From Candidatus Uhrbacteria bacterium (lineage in GTDB: Bacteria > Patescibacteriota > Patescibacteriia > UBA9934): 64,000 nt of DNA. The stretch covers positions 4,713-68,712 of the forward strand of contig CAINGB010000025.1 of NCBI GenBank assembly GCA_903848275.1. The letters run 5' to 3'. This document shows, piece by piece, positions 63,284-64,000 of the stretch. Numbering within the stretch: the stretch's first letter is position 1; the number at the start of each line of letters is the position of its first letter. A program made the position numbers and the translations under genes. The notes under the pieces are model-generated. The model was not told where the DNA came from, did not search any database, and saw nothing but the letters and a program-made list of their open reading frames with translations.

Positions 63284-64000
63284 TTAGCGAGCGGAGCGCT
63301 TTTTGATGATGTCTTCCGCGATGTTACGTGGGACTTCCTGGTACTCGTGGAATTCCATGGAGTAACTAGCGCGACCTTGGGTCATGGAGCGCAAAGCGGT
63401 GGAATAGCCGAACATTTCGGCGAGAGGGACAAGAGCGCGGACGAACTTGATGTTACCGCGGTCGCCCATTTCCTGGATTTGACCACGCTTGGCGTTAAGG
63501 TCGCCGACGACGGTACCCATGAAGTCTTCTGGGGTGACGGCTTCGACCTTCATGATAGGTTCGAGAATGACTGGCTTAGCTTTGCGGACAGCGTCCTGGA
63601 AAGCCATGGAACCAGCGATTTTAAAGGCTGATTCGTTACTGTCGACGTCGTGATAGGAACCATCGAAGACAGTGGCCTTGATGTTGATGAGCTGGTAACC
63701 AGCCAAGACACCGCGATCCATAGCTTCCTTAGCACCTTTACCGATTGGCGCGATGTACTCCTTTGGCACGGAACCGCCCTTGGTTTCGTCGGCAAAGACG
63801 AAGTTCTCGCCTTCTGGGTCGATGAAAGGTTCAACACGGAGACAAGCGTGACCGTACTGACCGCGACCACCGGACTGTTTGACGTACTTACCTTCACCTT
63901 CGGCACTCTCGCGAATGGTTTCGCGGTAGCTGACCTGTGGGTTACCGACATTGACCTCCACACCGTATTCACGCTTCATGCGGTCGACCATGATTTCCAA
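63284..64000 (-). CDS. fusA: Elongation factor G, C-terminal part (start outside window)
   Basis: [38 protein letters not shown]. Confidence 0.98.
   Translation of the reverse strand: MEIMVDRMKREYGVEVNVGNPQVSYRETIRESAEGEGKYVKQSGGRGQYGHACLRVEPFIDPEGENFVFADETKGGSVPKEYIAPIGKGAKEAMDRGVLAGYQLINIKATVFDGSYHDVDSNESAFKIAGSMAFQDAVRKAKPVILEPIMKVEAVTPEDFMGTVVGDLNAKRGQIQEMGDRGNIKFVRALVPLAEMFGYSTALRSMTQGRASYSMEFHEYQEVPRNIAEDIIKKRSAR

Overview
This window is 64 kb of a Patescibacteria (CPR) chromosome, probably Parcubacteria/ABY1-like (inference). The assignment rests on rpmD (uL30) missing between rpsE and rplO, giant VirB2/pilin-anchored Cys-rich surface proteins, a truncated RelA/SpoT, and near-absent Shine-Dalgarno sites. 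Housekeeping genes include hflX, yqeY, rpsU, hisS, lepB, LCP, der, pth, dprA, folC, topA, rel, parAB, scpAB, aspS/asnS, recO, ruvX, an ABC-2 exporter, the S10-spc-secY-adk-map cluster, tuf, partial fusA and four tRNAs. AT-rich accessory genes include Fic plus antitoxin, MntA/HepT, a HEPN-like pair, a BECR-like protein and a block of orphans between fusA and tuf. The least explained signals are non-coding. (1) Three small three-way-junction RNAs, each with its own sigma70 promoter and two showing covariation, converge on a putative BECR-fold RNase gene (26.4-27.2 kb). (2) A very compact transcriptional T-box precedes asnS-aspS and is followed by four ACA-N3-TGT palindromes. (3) A ~250-nt structured leader precedes an RNHCP gene. 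(4) A dispersed family of covarying hairpin elements lies at 20.3-22.4 kb. (5) A promoter cassette, one copy with a C10 tract, is shared by two orphan genes. All calls were made by eye; no database searches were run.
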